64,000 nucleotides of DNA, taken from assembly GCA_016711285.1 (NCBI GenBank), contig JADJTG010000014.1:311333-375332 (forward strand), read 5' to 3'. The first letter of the stretch is position 1. Each line of letters begins with the position of its first letter. The notes below the pieces were generated by a model. It made no database searches and was not told the origin of the DNA. It saw only the letters and a list, made by a program, of their open reading frames with translations. The DNA is from Sphingobacteriales bacterium. GTDB taxonomy: Bacteria > Bacteroidota > Bacteroidia > Chitinophagales > UBA2359. A program made the translations under genes and the position numbers. Shown here piece after piece: positions 50,043-60,416 of the stretch.

Positions 50043-53000
50043 TCAACGCACCAAAGTCACGTTTCCTTTGAAATCAATGCGCTCGCCGTTGATGAGCTCT
50101 ACGGTACCAAAATAAACATATACGCCCACCTCCGCTTCTTTGCCTTCAAAAGTTCCGTTCCACAGGGGCGCAGCACTTTTTTCGCCAAATACGCGGTTGC
50201 CCCAACGGTTATATACATATAGCTCTACGGTGCTGATGCGGGCTGCATCTACAAATACACGAAAATTATCGTTCATTTGGTCGTTGTTGGGCGAAAAGGC
50301 GGTGGGGATATAAAAAGGTGCTTCTATTTTTACGTTCAGCGTAAAATCTGCCGTATCGCTGCACCCAAATTCATTGGATACCATCACCTGATAAGTGCCC
50401 GCCTGCGAAACCTCCAAAGTGGGATTGGCAGAGCCATCATTCCACAAATATTGTGCATAGGTGCTGTTGGTGCTCAAAGTAGTGCTTTCGCCCAAATTAA
50501 TTTCCGCTGTTCCGTTGATACTCACCTCCGGCGAAGGATAAAGCGTCACTGCTGCCACTGCTGTATCGGCGCAGTTGTTTTCGTCATACACGGTGAGTAT
50601 GTAAGTGCCGATGTCGTCAATGGTGATGCTTTGGGTGGTGTCGCCCGTGCTCCACACATAGCGTGCAAAGCCGTTTTCGCCGCTTAATACTAAGCTGCTG
50701 CCCGCACAAAAAGCAGTATCCGGCAAAGCGGTTTCCACGTCCACACTGCTGGCGTTCAGGTTGACGGTGATGGTGGTATCGCAGCCCGCCGCATTGGTGA
50801 CGGTGAGCGTGTAGGTGCGCGAAGCATCTAAGGTGACGGTGGGATTCGGGATAGTGGCATCATCTAAGCCGGTGGCAGGACTCCACTGATAAGTATAACC
50901 CCATACCGGCGACAAAGCACTGATTTGGTATTCAATGGCTTCGCCGGAGCAGATGGTGGTGTCGGTAACAATGGCGGGCAAAGCAGGCGGCGGTACTACA
51001 AATACCGTCATGTTATCTTCAGCCATACAGCCGTGTTCATCAACCGATTGTACGCCGAAGGTGGTAGTAACCGCAGGTGTGGCAACGGGATTATGAATAG
51101 TAGAATCGTTGAGGTATGGTGTATTTGACCAAATATAGCTGATGTTGTCGGCAGGTGTGGCATTGAGTTGTATGCTCTCGCCTTGGCAAATTTCTACATC
51201 TTCACCCGCATTTACCAGCACATTATCAATGATGAGCAAAATAACCGACACCGGAAAATTAGAGCAAGTACACTGAATATCATCAATATTTAATATAATT
51301 TCTTCAATGCCTTCGGTTTCGGTGTCTTGCAGGGCGTGTATTTCCAAAACAGCCGTAGCTTCGCCCGCCGGAATGACGATAGTTCCCGACAGAGGTTCGT
51401 AGTCCACACCGTTTTCGGCTAATCCTTCGAGGCTGTAATGAATTTCCATCGGCTCGGCATCATCTTCCAAATCGGGGCGCGAAAACTCAAAAAAAGCAGA
51501 TTCGCAGCCTTCATAGGTAGAGAATAAACCAGTGCCTTGGTCAAAAAAACCATTGGCTACCACATTGGGCGCATTGCCTTCGTCTGTAAAACTTTTCGCT
51601 TCCAAAAATACTCCCGAATCCAAAATTTCATCGCTCACATCGGCTACCGCTATTTTGATATGATACACCTGACAAGGCGTAAGCCCCAAAATACGCGCCG
51701 TGAGCGGAACGGTGAAACCATCAAATTCGCTTTGCGGGTCGCCTGTATTCAGTTGTACATGCAAATCGTCATAAGTATCTATACAATTGCCCGCAGGAGG
51801 TGTGCCATTGACGCTTGCCCAGGAATTTACATTATTGATAGTAACCGGCAAATTGGTGCCGGGAATGAGCGCGATATTAACGGCATTGTCGGTATAAGGA
51901 CCGCTGATGCCCGGACCACTGATAAAAAATCCGAATACATCATTAAAAGAACTGCACACATATTCAGGATACTCTTCGGAGGCAAATACATAGTTGAATT
52001 TGATATTGGGCGTGGAAGGAATAAAATCAAATTCCAAAACGGCGGCATCGTTGGTACATAAACCCGCACCCACCGACAAGTTCAAATCCAAATCACCGTC
52101 AGCACCCGCATTCCCCGGCGAGCAGGAGTTGTTGCCCGTCGGCGGCACGTTGAACGAAGTGCCGCCACTTTGGTTCGGTCCTTCCAACAACTCATTGGCA
52201 TTTCCTGTCACCAAATAAATTCCTTTATCAAAGCCTATATCCAAATTGCCGCTTTTTTCAAAACGCCCTATGCCCTGCGAAGAACCTTTGTAAGTGACAT
52301 TAAAAGCACTCACACAACCGCCGCCCAAAAAAGTATTTTGCACATAATCGTAAGGGCAATCCACACAAGCGTCTATATCCAAAACGGTAACAGTAGCCGT
52401 GCCGCTTATATTCATATCGCAATAGGCATCGGAAGCACTGACAAGCGTATATTGATATACCTGCGACTCTTCATCGGCGGCGGTGATGGTGGGATTAAGC
52501 GGCAGAAAAAAGGGATTTTCGGTAATATCGTTGATGGTGATATTGGAAGTTCCGTTGTTGTAGGTGAGTGAATAAGGCGGTGTGCCGTCAAAAGTAAACT
52601 GCAACTCCGTTCCCATTCCGTTGATGATGATGGTATCGCCGCTCAACACCGCACTCGGTTGCGCCACATGTACGGTGAGCGTTTGGCTGTCGCTGCCATA
52701 AGGATTGCTCACGGTGAGCGTAACGTTATAATCTCCGGCAGTATTGAAAGTAACAGTTGGGTTAGGAATATTGGAAACGGCAGGCTGCCCGCCCGCAAAA
52801 GTCCAGTTCCACGAATTAATATCAGGTCCATAAGAAGTATCCTGAAAAGTGATGCTCGCTCCCGGACAAATGGTGATGTTTTCTACCGTCAGGCTATCTG
52901 CCATAAAAAAAGCAAAGGGCGGGATATTTAAACATTTCAGTGCTTCTTCTGCATTGATACGTCCGGGGAGTATATAAGTGCTGTTCATTTCGTCGAGTGT

Positions 53001-54326
53001 TTCCGTGATGCACTTTCTGATTCTTTTGGGCGTTAAGTTGGGGTCGTGCGAGCGCATTAGTGCCGCCAGTGCCGATACCATCGCAGTTGCCGGCGAAGTG
53101 CCGCTATATGCGGTATAAGCATTATCGGAAGTAGCCGAACAACTGTATATATTTTCACCCGGCGCGAAGGCTTTTACGACGGGACCATAATTGGACGAGG
53201 CTTCTCGGGCATTATATTTATCCGAAGCACCAACGCCTAATACGGTGGGGTACGCACTCGGATAGGTAACGGCAATAGTGCCATCGTTACCCGAAGCACC
53301 TACCAACACAATGCCCGCATTTTCCGCTTCCTGACACAAAAACTGCAAAGTGAGCGAAAAAGGATAAAACGACCACGACATATTGATAACATCGGCACCG
53401 TTGGCAATTGCATATTCCATACCCTCGGCAACATTGGGTAAATTGTTGGGAGTGGCGGAGGCATCGGGGCTGCATTTAATGGGCATTAGCCGTACATTAA
53501 AACCCAAGGCTGCAATACCGGAGCCGTTATCCGTGCGTGCCGACACTACGCCGGCGCAGTGTGTGCCGTGCGAAAAATTGTTGTTGCTCGCCGAAGCGGG
53601 CGGATTGGGGTTGCCGTCATTATCGGCAGCATCCCAGCCGCTTTTGTCGTCTATATAGCCGTTGCCGTCATCATCTGCGCCGTTGCCCGCTATTTCGGCG
53701 GTATTTTGCCACAAATTGGGGGCGAGTTCTTGGTGGGTGGTGCGCACGGCATCATCAACAATGGCTACTGTAATGGCAGCACTCCCCTGCGAAATATCCC
53801 AAGCAGCAGGAGCAGAAATCATATTAAAATACCATTGTTGTTGTGTGGCAATATCGTTGGGCGTATAATTGGTGTGCGCCATCGGTACACGCTCTACATA
53901 TTCAAAGTAGCCGCTTGCCTCCAAAGCGCGGATAAAATCAGCCATATGCTGAGTAGATGCGGAAAACTGTATTTTATAAACAGACGACAAATTGCGGAGG
54001 CGCGGAAAAGCCTGACGACAGCTTTGTACTTCGTAGCGGTCGAAAATGGCGAGCAAAGGCTCTGCTCTTTCGTTGGTTTGGCGCAAAGGAAACTCAAAAG
54101 GAGCAATTCCCTGATTTTTCCACTGCACAAATAATTGCCCTGCTACATATTCATCTTCATCGGCTACCGCTACATTGCTCACGGTTTGAAAATATAAATA
54201 TTCCCCGTTTTTACATATCTCATAACCATATTGTTTATTACCGCCCCACAACCAAACAGGTATTGCTGATGCCACCAACAGCCCCAAGAGGCTAACAAAG
54301 ATGTGGCGATGTTTTGAAAACTTCAT
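50043..54326 (-). CDS. Giant secreted subtilisin-like (S8) serine protease with PKD and choice-of-anchor-L-like domains, Ig-like repeats and a T9SS type B (gliding-motility CHU_C) C-terminal domain
   Basis: Signal peptide; catalytic blocks AIVDDAV (Asp), HGTHCAGVVSA (His), SGTSPATAMVSALAAL (Ser). PKD-like TFQDTSYGPDINSWNWTFAGG...YNVTLTVSN. FNYVFASEEYPEYVCSSFNDVFGFFISGPG block. C-terminus PTAFSPNNDQMNDNFRVF...WNGTFEGKEAEVGVYVYF. Confidence 0.88.
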   Translation of the reverse strand: MKFSKHRHIFVSLLGLLVASAIPVWLWGGNKQYGYEICKNGEYLYFQTVSNVAVADEDEYVAGQLFVQWKNQGIAPFEFPLRQTNERAEPLLAIFDRYEVQSCRQAFPRLRNLSSVYKIQFSASTQHMADFIRALEASGYFEYVERVPMAHTNYTPNDIATQQQWYFNMISAPAAWDISQGSAAITVAIVDDAVRTTHQELAPNLWQNTAEIAGNGADDDGNGYIDDKSGWDAADNDGNPNPPASASNNNFSHGTHCAGVVSARTDNGSGIAALGFNVRLMPIKCSPDASATPNNLPNVAEGMEYAIANGADVINMSWSFYPFSLTLQFLCQEAENAGIVLVGASGNDGTIAVTYPSAYPTVLGVGASDKYNAREASSNYGPVVKAFAPGENIYSCSATSDNAYTAYSGTSPATAMVSALAALMRSHDPNLTPKRIRKCITETLDEMNSTYILPGRINAEEALKCLNIPPFAFFMADSLTVENITICPGASITFQDTSYGPDINSWNWTFAGGQPAVSNIPNPTVTFNTAGDYNVTLTVSNPYGSDSQTLTVHVAQPSAVLSGDTIIINGMGTELQFTFDGTPPYSLTYNNGTSNITINDITENPFFLPLNPTITAADEESQVYQYTLVSASDAYCDMNISGTATVTVLDIDACVDCPYDYVQNTFLGGGCVSAFNVTYKGSSQGIGRFEKSGNLDIGFDKGIYLVTGNANELLEGPNQSGGTSFNVPPTGNNSCSPGNAGADGDLDLNLSVGAGLCTNDAAVLEFDFIPSTPNIKFNYVFASEEYPEYVCSSFNDVFGFFISGPGISGPYTDNAVNIALIPGTNLPVTINNVNSWASVNGTPPAGNCIDTYDDLHVQLNTGDPQSEFDGFTVPLTARILGLTPCQVYHIKIAVADVSDEILDSGVFLEAKSFTDEGNAPNVVANGFFDQGTGLFSTYEGCESAFFEFSRPDLEDDAEPMEIHYSLEGLAENGVDYEPLSGTIVIPAGEATAVLEIHALQDTETEGIEEIILNIDDIQCTCSNFPVSVILLIIDNVLVNAGEDVEICQGESIQLNATPADNISYIWSNTPYLNDSTIHNPVATPAVTTTFGVQSVDEHGCMAEDNMTVFVVPPPALPAIVTDTTICSGEAIEYQISALSPVWGYTYQWSPATGLDDATIPNPTVTLDASRTYTLTVTNAAGCDTTITVNLNASSVDVETALPDTAFCAGSSLVLSGENGFARYVWSTGDTTQSITIDDIGTYILTVYDENNCADTAVAAVTLYPSPEVSINGTAEINLGESTTLSTNSTYAQYLWNDGSANPTLEVSQAGTYQVMVSNEFGCSDTADFTLNVKIEAPFYIPTAFSPNNDQMNDNFRVFVDAARISTVELYVYNRWGNRVFGEKSAAPLWNGTFEGKEAEVGVYVYFGTVELINGERIDFKGNVTLVR

Positions 54327-54710
54327 GTGTGTAAATGCTTATTTTTTGGTATCAAAAATAAAGATAGGGCAAATACTTTGAAAGTTGCCTGTATTACTGT
54401 TACAAAACCAAGAATTGTTTATAAAGTGACATTTTTTCACAAAACATAATATTTACGCAATTTTACTTTTTTTATAACATTCACAGATCTATATCAATTA
54501 TAAAGATATATGGCAACTATAAATAAAGTACTGACACATAAAATCACTTGTAATTAGTGATGAGTATTTTAGTTGCAAGATAGTGTGATACATAAACCTT
54601 TTCAAATCAAGTTTTGTGATAAAATCATCACCTTTGAAATCAAAAATCAAAAAAACTTCAGTTTATTAATACTCAACAAAATAAAATTTACAATTCTGCG
54701 TTGCAAAAAT

Positions 54711-55133
54711 GTGAGAAGATTCTATTATTATATAGTCATTTTTACGCTAATGGGTTTCTTTTTGATACCTGTCCAAAAAACCTATGCTTGTGGTACGAAA
54801 TCTGAAAACATTAAAACTTTATGCCACAAACAACCGGATTCCGAAGTGGAGAAAAGAGACTGCTGTAATAAAGAAAAAAGGCAATGTGATAAATGCACAA
54901 AAGACTGTAATGGTAAAGGTGGAAATCCAAATTGTCATTGCTCAACGAATTTCTCTAACTTTATAATTCCTCTTATTACTCAACTTTTACAAGCAAAAAT
55001 AATACGAGGTAAATTAAATTTTTTCTATCCAGAAACCCTTCATTCATCGGGTTTTACCTTTATTTGGTTACCGCCCAAAATAGGCCGATTTTTTTCCTTG
55101 ACAGCCGTAAATCTGTCAAATCGAGAGCATTGA
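54711..55133 (+). CDS. Small Cys/His-rich membrane-anchored protein, putative metal-binding partner of the copper cluster
   Basis: GTG start gives VRRFYYYIVIFTLMGFFLIPV (TM helix), then ACGTKS...RDCCNKEKRQCDKCTKDCNGKGGNPNCHCS...IWLPPK. I recall a Bacteroidota family near metal-resistance genes with Cys-His, CC and PP motifs, but cannot verify membership. Confidence 0.45.
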   Translation: MRRFYYYIVIFTLMGFFLIPVQKTYACGTKSENIKTLCHKQPDSEVEKRDCCNKEKRQCDKCTKDCNGKGGNPNCHCSTNFSNFIIPLITQLLQAKIIRGKLNFFYPETLHSSGFTFIWLPPKIGRFFSLTAVNLSNREH

Positions 55134-55177
55134 CTTACCTTTGAAATCAATTATTTTAATAACTCAAATATAATAAA

Positions 55178-56044
55178 ATGAAATCAACAAATATATTGAT
55201 AGTAATTGCCTTGTTACTATCCCTCACAGCGTGCAATGCACAAATCAAAAACCCTATTACCGAAAATGTAAAAATATATGGTAACTGTGGAATGTGCGAA
55301 AGAACCATTGAAAAAGCAGGAAATATTAAGAAAATAGCAAAAGTAGATTGGAATAAAGATACCAAAATAGCTACACTTACCTATGATACAAGTAAAATTA
55401 ATCAAGATGAAATATTGAAACGCATTGCATTGGTAGGTTACGACAGCGAAAAATTTCTTGCACCTGATGATGTGTATGCCAACCTTCCAGAATGTTGCCA
55501 ATACGACCGTGAGAAAAAAACAAAAACGATGAAAGCAGAAAATACCGTGGAAGGGTATTCTATACACAATCACGATGAAATACTAAATAAGCCGACAGAA
55601 ACAACACAAGATGTCAACGAATTAAAACCGGTTTTTGACAACTATTTTGCACTAAAAGATGCGCTGGTAAAAACAGATAAAAGTGAAGCTTCATTGAAAG
55701 CGAAAGATCTGCTAAAAGCAGTCAATACAGTAAAAATGGAGAAACTTTCAGTAGATGAACATGGGGTTTTTATGAAAGTATTAGATAATCTAAAGTCAAA
55801 TATCGAAAAAATTTCAACTACTGCCAATATAGAAGATCAACGTAAATTTTTTATGAATTTATCGGTGTCTTTTTATGATTTGGTCAAGGTTAGCCATCTA
55901 GAAAATCCCGTTTATTATCAACACTGTCCAATGGCTAATGATGGTAAAGGGGCAAACTGGTTGAGCAAGGAAAATAATATTAGAAACCCATACTTTGGTT
56001 CGCAGATGCTTACCTGTGGCAAAACAATAGAAACCATTAAGTAA
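55178..56044 (+). CDS. Lipoprotein with HMA-like metal-binding domain (CGMC) and DUF3347-like C-terminal domain
   Basis: Lipobox LSLTAC; KIYGNCGMCERTIEKAG...ATLTYD (ferredoxin-like HMA fold with a CxxC variant). The C-terminal HCPMANDGKGANWLS...NPYFGSQMLTCG is typical of DUF3347. Confidence 0.7.
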   Translation: MKSTNILIVIALLLSLTACNAQIKNPITENVKIYGNCGMCERTIEKAGNIKKIAKVDWNKDTKIATLTYDTSKINQDEILKRIALVGYDSEKFLAPDDVYANLPECCQYDREKKTKTMKAENTVEGYSIHNHDEILNKPTETTQDVNELKPVFDNYFALKDALVKTDKSEASLKAKDLLKAVNTVKMEKLSVDEHGVFMKVLDNLKSNIEKISTTANIEDQRKFFMNLSVSFYDLVKVSHLENPVYYQHCPMANDGKGANWLSKENNIRNPYFGSQMLTCGKTIETIK

Positions 56045-56117
56045 CCTCACATTATACCAGTATAATCTTACGGATTATACTGGTATTTTAGATATTGAAG
56101 AAAATGAAATTAATAAA

Positions 56118-58343
56118 ATGGATAATCAAAAAACTATTGGTAAAAAAGTGTTGCCGATAATCGTTTTACTGCTATTGGCATCGAATGTATATGCCCAAAA
56201 GGTAGTACGATATGATCTATATGTAAGAGACTCCCTCGTCAATTTTAGCGGAAAGGCAAAAAAAGCCATTGCAGTAAATGGTCAAATACCAATGCCTACA
56301 CTTACCTTTACAGAAGGTGACACAGCAGAAATTCATGTATATAATCAGCTCAAAGAAAGCACCTCCTTACATTGGCATGGGCTGTTTGTGCCCAACCAAG
56401 AAGATGGGGTTCCTTATTTAACACAAATGCCTATTGCGCCAAATACAGCCTATGTTTATCGGTTTCCTATTAAACAAAACGGAACTCATTGGTATCATAG
56501 TCATAGCGGATTGCAAGAACAAATAGGCATGTATGGATCTTTAATTTTAAAAAAGAGAATAAACGATCCTTATCTTAGAGAAGGTATTGACGATTTGCCT
56601 ACAATCCCCATTATTTTGAGGAATGGACAGACTATAAACCTGAGAAATATACACAGAATGTTGCATAATGCAACAGATTGGTTTGCAATCAAAAAAGGGG
56701 CTACTCAAAGCTATTCAGAAGCCATAAAAGAAGGTTATTTCAAAACCAAACTAACCAACGAGTGGAAACGCCTGTTGGCAATGGATGTGAGCGATATTTA
56801 TTATGATAAAATCCTAATAAACGGTAAAAATGAAAGCCAGATGTCGCAATTTCAAGCTGGAGACAGCGTGCGGTTGCGTGTCTCTAATGGAGGAGCTTCT
56901 ACCTATTTTTGGCTCACTTATGCCGGGGGCAAAATTACAGTAGTTGCAAATGATGGAAACGACGTACTTCCTGTGCAAGTAGATAGGTTGATAATAGGTG
57001 TTTCAGAAACCTACGATATTATCCTCACAATCCCGACAGAAAATACGTCCTTTGAATTGTTAGCCACCACAGAAGATCGCACCAAATCGGCTTCTATTTA
57101 TTTAGGTTCTGGTATCAAACAGTTGGCAAACCCGCTACCTCGATTACACTATTTTGAGGGAATGAAAATGATGAACAATATGATGAAAATGAATGGAAAA
57201 ATGAATGACATGGGTATGAATATGAGTCTGCAGAAAATGGATATGAATACAGTCATGTACCCTGAAATATCAGGTCATAGAAAGGCAATAAAAAGTACTT
57301 CTTCAAACCATTTCACAAGTAATGCAGATATAGTAACACTCAATTATTCTATGCTGAAATCACCTTTAAAAACCTCACTTTCTACAGATGCACCGTTGAG
57401 AGAATTTAAATTTGAATTAACCGGAAATATGAATCGTTATGTATGGAGCTTGAACAACAAAGTACTTTACGAATCCGATAAAATTCTAATTAAAAAAGGA
57501 GAAATAGTAAGAATTATACTTTACAACAATTCAATGATGCGTCATCCAATGCACTTACATGGGCATGACTTTAGAATTTTAAATGGAAAGGGGGAATATG
57601 CGCCACTAAAAAATGTTTTGGATATTATGCCAATGGAATCTGATACCATTGAGTTTGAAGCCAATCTTGATGGCGATTGGTTCTTTCATTGTCATATTCT
57701 ATATCACATGATGGCAGGTATGAATCGTGTATTTAGTTATGAAAATCAACCAATAAACACGTTATTACCCGACAAAACGTGGGCTTATAAGCAATTACAA
57801 AGAGAAAGTAATCGACTGCATTTTATGGCTCAAAATGATTTTGCCTCTAATGGAAATGATGGTATGGAAATGATCCAAAACACACGTTGGAGTTTTGGTA
57901 CAGAATGGCGTTTGGGGTACAACAGAATGCACGGTTATGAAAGTGAAACTCATATTGGCAGATATATCGGAAAAATGCAATGGTTAATGCCTTTTGTTGG
58001 GTTTGATTGGCGTTATCGTCAAATTACACAAAACGAATTTGAAGAAAACCTCTTTGGGCAAAAAAATACCAAAGACAATAGAACTCAATTTAGCATAGGA
58101 ATTGCCTACACTTTACCAATGCTTGTTATTCTACAAACAGAATTATACCATGATGGTAATTTAAGAATACAATTAAAACGGGAAGATATTCCTGTTTCGG
58201 AAAGATTGAGAGCTGCATTTATGGTAAATTCAGATCAGGAATACATGGTAGGTCTCAGCTATATTTTAACTAAAAATTCAGGTTTTAGGGCTCATTTTGA
58301 TAGTGATATGGGCTTTGGGCTTGGTTTGGTCTTGAATTATTAA
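56118..58343 (+). CDS. Multicopper oxidase (CopA/PcoA-like) with ~200-aa C-terminal extension
   Basis: Copper-ligand motifs LHWHGLF, HWYHSHSG, HPMHLHGHDF, FHCHILYHMMAGM; Met-rich segment MKMMNNMMKMNGKMNDMGMNMSLQKMDMN. The extension ends ...GFGLGLVLNY. Confidence 0.85.
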   Translation: MDNQKTIGKKVLPIIVLLLLASNVYAQKVVRYDLYVRDSLVNFSGKAKKAIAVNGQIPMPTLTFTEGDTAEIHVYNQLKESTSLHWHGLFVPNQEDGVPYLTQMPIAPNTAYVYRFPIKQNGTHWYHSHSGLQEQIGMYGSLILKKRINDPYLREGIDDLPTIPIILRNGQTINLRNIHRMLHNATDWFAIKKGATQSYSEAIKEGYFKTKLTNEWKRLLAMDVSDIYYDKILINGKNESQMSQFQAGDSVRLRVSNGGASTYFWLTYAGGKITVVANDGNDVLPVQVDRLIIGVSETYDIILTIPTENTSFELLATTEDRTKSASIYLGSGIKQLANPLPRLHYFEGMKMMNNMMKMNGKMNDMGMNMSLQKMDMNTVMYPEISGHRKAIKSTSSNHFTSNADIVTLNYSMLKSPLKTSLSTDAPLREFKFELTGNMNRYVWSLNNKVLYESDKILIKKGEIVRIILYNNSMMRHPMHLHGHDFRILNGKGEYAPLKNVLDIMPMESDTIEFEANLDGDWFFHCHILYHMMAGMNRVFSYENQPINTLLPDKTWAYKQLQRESNRLHFMAQNDFASNGNDGMEMIQNTRWSFGTEWRLGYNRMHGYESETHIGRYIGKMQWLMPFVGFDWRYRQITQNEFEENLFGQKNTKDNRTQFSIGIAYTLPMLVILQTELYHDGNLRIQLKREDIPVSERLRAAFMVNSDQEYMVGLSYILTKNSGFRAHFDSDMGFGLGLVLNY

Positions 58344-58398
58344 AATACAGGTGAATGTAATTTATTTTATTATTAGATTATAAAAAATACAAATATGA

Positions 58399-59000
58399 TT
58401 AATTGGGTGATAAAAAGCCGAATATTTTTCTTGGTCTGTTATTGAATTTGTCTTCTTCATCTTTAATATCATTTTCAGTGATTAGGTTAAAATCGCAATG
58501 TTTAGGAAAATATTGTTTGAGGAGTCTGAGAAAAGGGTTTCCAATCTATTAATATTTTCACTATTTTTCGGTTGGTTTCTTGAGAAAATTTGGTATTTAG
58601 GAGTGCGGTTTCAGCCATTCCTGTTACTCTGTCATTGGCTGTTAGTATGGCGGCTTTCTCATGATTTTTCCCTATCACCAAATCAATTTCTATATCTCCT
58701 ATTCTTATTTTTCATCCACTATTTTCGGGCGGTATTCAATGCTTACTTTATCGTAAACTTATCCTCCTTTATCTTTTGCCGCGCTTCTTTTCCGATAGCG
58801 TATTTGCACATTTCTGCCCGCTAATTCCGCTTTGTTCAAACCGCTCCTTTGGTCGCAGTTGCGCCTAACTCTCCGCTAACAACAGATGCGTGTTTCCCTG
58901 TTTTTTTCTATTGCCTTTTGTAAAAAACTTGCTTCTTTTAATGTTTGTATTTCGTATCTTTGAAAAAATATTTCTCTCTTGTCCATTACTTGAGTTGCAT
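58399..59000 (-). pseudogene. IS30-family transposase remnant (multiple stops, frameshifts and internal deletion)
   Basis: Reverse-strand frames give MDKREIFFQRYEIQTLKEA..., RRNCDQRSGLNKAELAG..., YRPKIVDEKIRIGDIEIDLVIGKNHEKAAILTANDRVTGMAE... and FNNRPRKIFGFLSPN*. These are the ordered IS30 blocks (HTH, RN..., GhWE.D.i.G, N.RPRK.LG..tP). At ~600 bp it is too short for an intact gene. Confidence 0.6.
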
Positions 59001-59253
59001 TTATTTGTTGAATTTAAGTTTAATTTTGACAGCCCTAATAATTTTTTATCAAAAAGTTGCATTTGTGACTTGAAACCTGCTTGTAAAAAAAACAGTTTGG
59101 TAAAAAAAGAGGAGCAGGAAAAAATTCATAATTAAAAATGAATTAAATTTGAAAAATCAGCTCTTTGACGGCGGAAAGGTATTGCTGCTGTTTTGCCGAA
59201 AAAAATATTGTAGCTCCTATTTATCAATGTAAAAACAAACTGTTTATATATAT

Positions 59254-60240
59254 ATGAATCCATTCTGGACACAAATAATCGTTCAAACCATTCTCAAACA
59301 TAAACGCAAAGAAAAAAACAATCATCAAGAGCAACATCGTTATTCTGACTTTGAGCTTGCCAAAGCCTACAGAGAATTTACAATAGCCTTAAAGCGTTAT
59401 ATCAAAGATTTTTTACTCATTACCATTGGTATATTTTCTGCTTCATTTGGCTTTAAAGGTTTTCTTTTAACCAACCATTTTATAGATGGCGGAGCAACGG
59501 GCATTTCTTTGCTTATTTCCGCATTGACGGAAATTCCCCTTTATCTTTTAATTATTGTGGTAAATATCCCGTTTATCATACTCGGCTATCATGTAATGGG
59601 TAGGGAGTTTGCCGTCAAAACAACACTTTCCATCGTCGGGCTTTCAATTGTGCTGGCAACGGTGGATTTCCCGAATGTAACCGATGATAAATTATTGGTG
59701 GCAGTTTTTGGCGGGTTCTTTTTGGGGGCGGGCATCGGCTTTGCCATTCGGGGAGGCTCGGTGATTGACGGAACGGAGGTGCTTGCCATTTTTTTAAGTC
59801 GCAAACTCGGAGCTACGATTGGCGATATCATTATCGTCATCAACGTTTTGATTTTTTTGGCTGCCACTTATCTATTAAGTATAGAGATAGCTTTATACTC
59901 TATGATTACTTACTTGGCAGCTTCCAAAACGCTCGATTTTATTGTAGAAGGCATTGAAGAATATATCGGCGTAATGATAGTTGCAACGCACAGCGAAGAA
60001 ATTCGCCTTATGATTATTCATACTATGGGGCGCGGCGCAACTATTTACAGGGGTAAGCGCGGCTATGGCAAACGTGGCGAAATCAAAGAAGTGGATATTA
60101 TTTATACAGTTATTACACGACTTGAACTCAGTAAGCTGAATACAGAAATTGAAAAAATTGAACCGACCGCTTTTGTGGTTATGAACAGCGTAATAGATAC
60201 CAAAGGCGGAATGATAAAAAAAAGACCCCTCAAACATTGA
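59254..60240 (+). CDS. YitT-family membrane protein (DUF2179 C-terminal domain)
   Basis: FLLITIGIFSASFGFKGFLLTNHFIDGGATGISLL and repeated TM segments, plus the C-terminal ATIYRGKRGYGKRGE...IYTVITRLE block. Confidence 0.75.
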   Translation: MNPFWTQIIVQTILKHKRKEKNNHQEQHRYSDFELAKAYREFTIALKRYIKDFLLITIGIFSASFGFKGFLLTNHFIDGGATGISLLISALTEIPLYLLIIVVNIPFIILGYHVMGREFAVKTTLSIVGLSIVLATVDFPNVTDDKLLVAVFGGFFLGAGIGFAIRGGSVIDGTEVLAIFLSRKLGATIGDIIIVINVLIFLAATYLLSIEIALYSMITYLAASKTLDFIVEGIEEYIGVMIVATHSEEIRLMIIHTMGRGATIYRGKRGYGKRGEIKEVDIIYTVITRLELSKLNTEIEKIEPTAFVVMNSVIDTKGGMIKKRPLKH

Positions 60241-60283
60241 ATAATAACAGCAACTCAGTGCAAGTACCGCAGAAAAATTACCT

Positions 60284-60291
60284 ATCTTTGC
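60284..60291 (+). promoter_or_regulatory. Candidate -7 promoter box (TAtcTTTG)
   Basis: TAnnTTTG match 126 nt upstream of ATG 60417. Confidence 0.3.
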
Positions 60292-60416
60292 CTCGCCTTT
60301 GGTGCTTTTGGGGTTTATAAACAGCCGTTCAAGATAAAAAAAGATTGATGACTTGACCCGAAAACATCAATACTGTTTGGTTTAACTTTTTTAAAAATAA
60401 ATATTTCGTTTTTATT

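Noticed and set aside
58498-59135. ORFs 58498..58824 (+), 58890..59135 (+) and 58865..59062 (-) as genes.
   Set aside because: The region is better explained as a decayed IS30 transposase on the reverse strand. The + ORFs are Phe/Leu-rich antisense artefacts, and the minus ORF is one fragment of the remnant.
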